DNA from: Heteronotia binoei
Lineage: Eukaryota
Direction of reading: 5' to 3'
Length of the DNA stretch: 64,000 bases
NCBI RefSeq assembly: GCF_032191835.1
Contig: NC_083238.1
Span: forward strand, 26,102,001-26,166,000
In this document: piece by piece, positions 61,880-64,000 of the stretch
How positions within the stretch are numbered: position 1 is the first letter of the stretch
Layout: each line of letters opens with the position of its first letter
The notes under the pieces: model-generated
Database searches by the model: none
Told to the model about the DNA's origin: nothing
What the model saw: only the letters and a program-made list of their open reading frames with translations
Program-made: the position numbers and the translations under genes

Positions 61880-62415
61880 TAGTTACAGTGGACCATGCAA
61901 TGGTCACTTCCAGACTGGATTATTGTAACCTGCTCTATGTAGGGCTGCCCTTGTACTTGACTCAGAAACTGCAGTCAGTGCTTGTGGTGCTGACCAGCCT
62001 TGTGGTCAGCAACCAACGTCATTGGTACCACTCAGGAGAGCATATCATAGTATCGCTACCAGGGCTTTTTTGGTAGAAAAAGCCCAGCAGGAACTCATTT
62101 GCATCTTAGGCCACACCCCTGACATCGCCATTGTTTCACACAGGGCTTTTCTGTAGAAAAAGCCAAGCAGGAACTCATTTGCATCTCAGGCCACACCCTC
62201 TGACACCAAGCCAGCTGGAACTGCGTTCCTGCTCAAAAAAAGCCCTTTTCACTACTAATGTGTAGTCTTATGTTGGTCTTATTATTATCGTTTTAACTTT
62301 GGATTTTTAACTCATGTGAAATTGTGAAGTTCTATTGTTTTACTGTCACACCTTACGTGACCTGTAACGCACTCTGAGCCTGTTCACCGGATATAAGTTG
62401 AATAAAATAATAAAT
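61880..62415 (+). mobile_element. Decayed L2 fragment(s) interrupted by a MITE
   Basis: HAMVTSRLDYCNLLYVGLPL...QKLQ, with an L2-like 3' end at about 62365-62415. Confidence 0.65.
62060..62247. mobile_element. hAT MITE, family A
   Basis: cagggcttttttgg...gctcaaaaaaagccct. Degenerate TSD atcgctac/ttcactac. Confidence 0.85.
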
Positions 62416-62627
62416 ACAGTTGATAGGCAATAGATTTAGGACACACACCTTTTTTATTAAGCAAGTAATTAAATTATGGTCACTTCCAATGGACATAGCG
62501 ATCCACAACTAAAGATGGCTTGAAAATGGGATTAGACAGATTCATGGACAGGTCTATCGATTTCTCCTAGCCATTGTGGACTAAAGGGAACCTCCATTTT
62601 TAGAGGCAGTAAAACATCTGAATGACT

Positions 62628-62836
62628 GACCTGGATAGCCCAGGCTAGCTGAATCCTGTCAGACCTTAGATACTAAGCAGCGTTGGCCTTCGTCAATATT
62701 TGGATGGGAGACCACCAAGGAATAGTAGGGTCATGATGCTGACTGGCAAGCAATGGCAAACCGCATCTGAATCTCTCTTGCCTTGAAAACCCCGCCGGGG
62801 TCACCATCAATCAGACATGACTTGATGGCAAAAACA
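62628..62836 (+). mobile_element. 5S rRNA-derived SINE with BovB/Sauria-like tail
   Basis: cctgtcagaccttagatactaagcag...atttggatgggagaccacc (5S-like), then ggcaaaccgcatctgaatctctcttgccttgaaaacccc...gggtcaccatcaatcagacatgacttga. Confidence 0.78.
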
Positions 62837-63039
62837 AAACCGCTGAATATAGCAGGTCTATAGCACAGACTAATTTTAACTCTTCAGAGCTCAGATTCTA
62901 AGCAGGGTCAGTCTTCCTTTGATAATGCTACCTCATGGGCTTGCCATGAGTGTTTACCTTTTACCTTTACCAGTGCTGGGAGGCACTACTGGGGGAAATC
63001 CTTGTGCTCGGCTTGTTGACACTCCAGGGCAACTGTTTG

Positions 63040-63122
63040 GTCATAGTATGAGACAGGATGCTAGACTTCATGGACCACATAGAACAATGGTCTGATCCAG
63101 CAGGGCTCTCTTCTTATGTTTA
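63040..63122 (+). mobile_element. CR1 3'-end fragment (further remnants at about 34200-34330 and 62485-62615)
   Basis: gagacaggatgctagact..atggacc...ggtctgatccagcagggctct..cttatgtt. Confidence 0.6.
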
Positions 63123-64000
63123 GGCATTAAAAAAAAATCCCGTATGGATTTGTTGTGACACATCAACAGTAAATATCATTACCAGATCGGAATCCTTTTT
63201 ACCTGATTTATACTATGTTCCTCAACTGGAATAACTTTATGAGAATTAGGGTTATTAGAGGGGTTTTCTCCCTGACAGTGGTTCTGCACCTTTAATGATT
63301 GCACAACCAGAAGAAATTCAACTGCTGGAGCATTTCCCATCCTTCTCTCTTGAAGCCTGGAAAGTAGACTTTCTCTATTTCATGCCACTGTTGAAAGGCA
63401 TAGGAGCCTGCCAGAAAAGCCGGAAACTCTAGATAGAACACATAGCCTTTTTTATTAATGACCTTTCTAAATATAAAACTTGATCCAATCAACCTGCTAT
63501 CTGAGAACCCAAAAGTAGCAGAGCGTCATACCTTGTATACGTATCTGAATTCTTTATACAGAGCAATAAGATGCTACACACATTTTTATAGGCAGAGATT
63601 GGCCCGAGCTGTAGTGTCAAAGGTGACATTTGAAACAAAACTCTACGACTGGTCCCCAGTGACAACACAGCACAAAAGTAAAACAGGTTGAATTGTATAG
63701 ACAAGAGTGTCGGTCCCTAATGATACCAAGGTTAATAAAAGGGGGAAAATGGCTTGTATGAATGCTAGCTTCTGTCCACATCTTAGCCTGGTACTTAAGG
63801 GGAATGTTTTCACTTAGATACTTCTGGTCCTCTCACAGACGTGAGGGAAATGCTGTTAATAACGGAGATTGTCCCCGATGGTGGCAAGTCTAATTACAGA
63901 ATAAAACACAAGAAGGTAGAACGAAGTAACAGGTTTGTTGGGGGGTTTTCCCCTGGATGTTGGTTTATTACCAACCTGACACCATAACTTTAAGGGTCAT

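Overview
Vertebrate genomic DNA, almost certainly a squamate and most likely a gecko. This is inferred from the repeat content: Sauria SINE, BovB, a Squam3-like tRNA SINE, L2, CR1 and many gecko-type hAT MITEs. I could not identify any host protein-coding exon, so the window reads as deep intron or gene desert, with three sized assembly gaps. Nearly all long ORFs in the track come from retroelements or GC-rich transposon interiors. Main points of interest: (1) a chimeric L2 insertion with a 5' inversion, in which an RTE-clade endonuclease fragment is fused in frame to the L2 RT; (2) two different hAT MITEs in tandem sharing one 8-bp target site present three times; (3) several nested insertions, including SINE>MITE>SINE and a CR1 carrying three insertions; (4) three LINE/SINE tail-sharing partnerships visible in one window; (5) a MITE family spreading an octamer + KLF-type composite motif; (6) a Penelope-like remnant with a decayed hammerhead-ribozyme core; (7) repeat-free islands and possible non-coding minus-strand exons. 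I did not find a convincing wholly new biological system. Family names come from recalled motifs, not database searches, and boundaries without a TSD are approximate.
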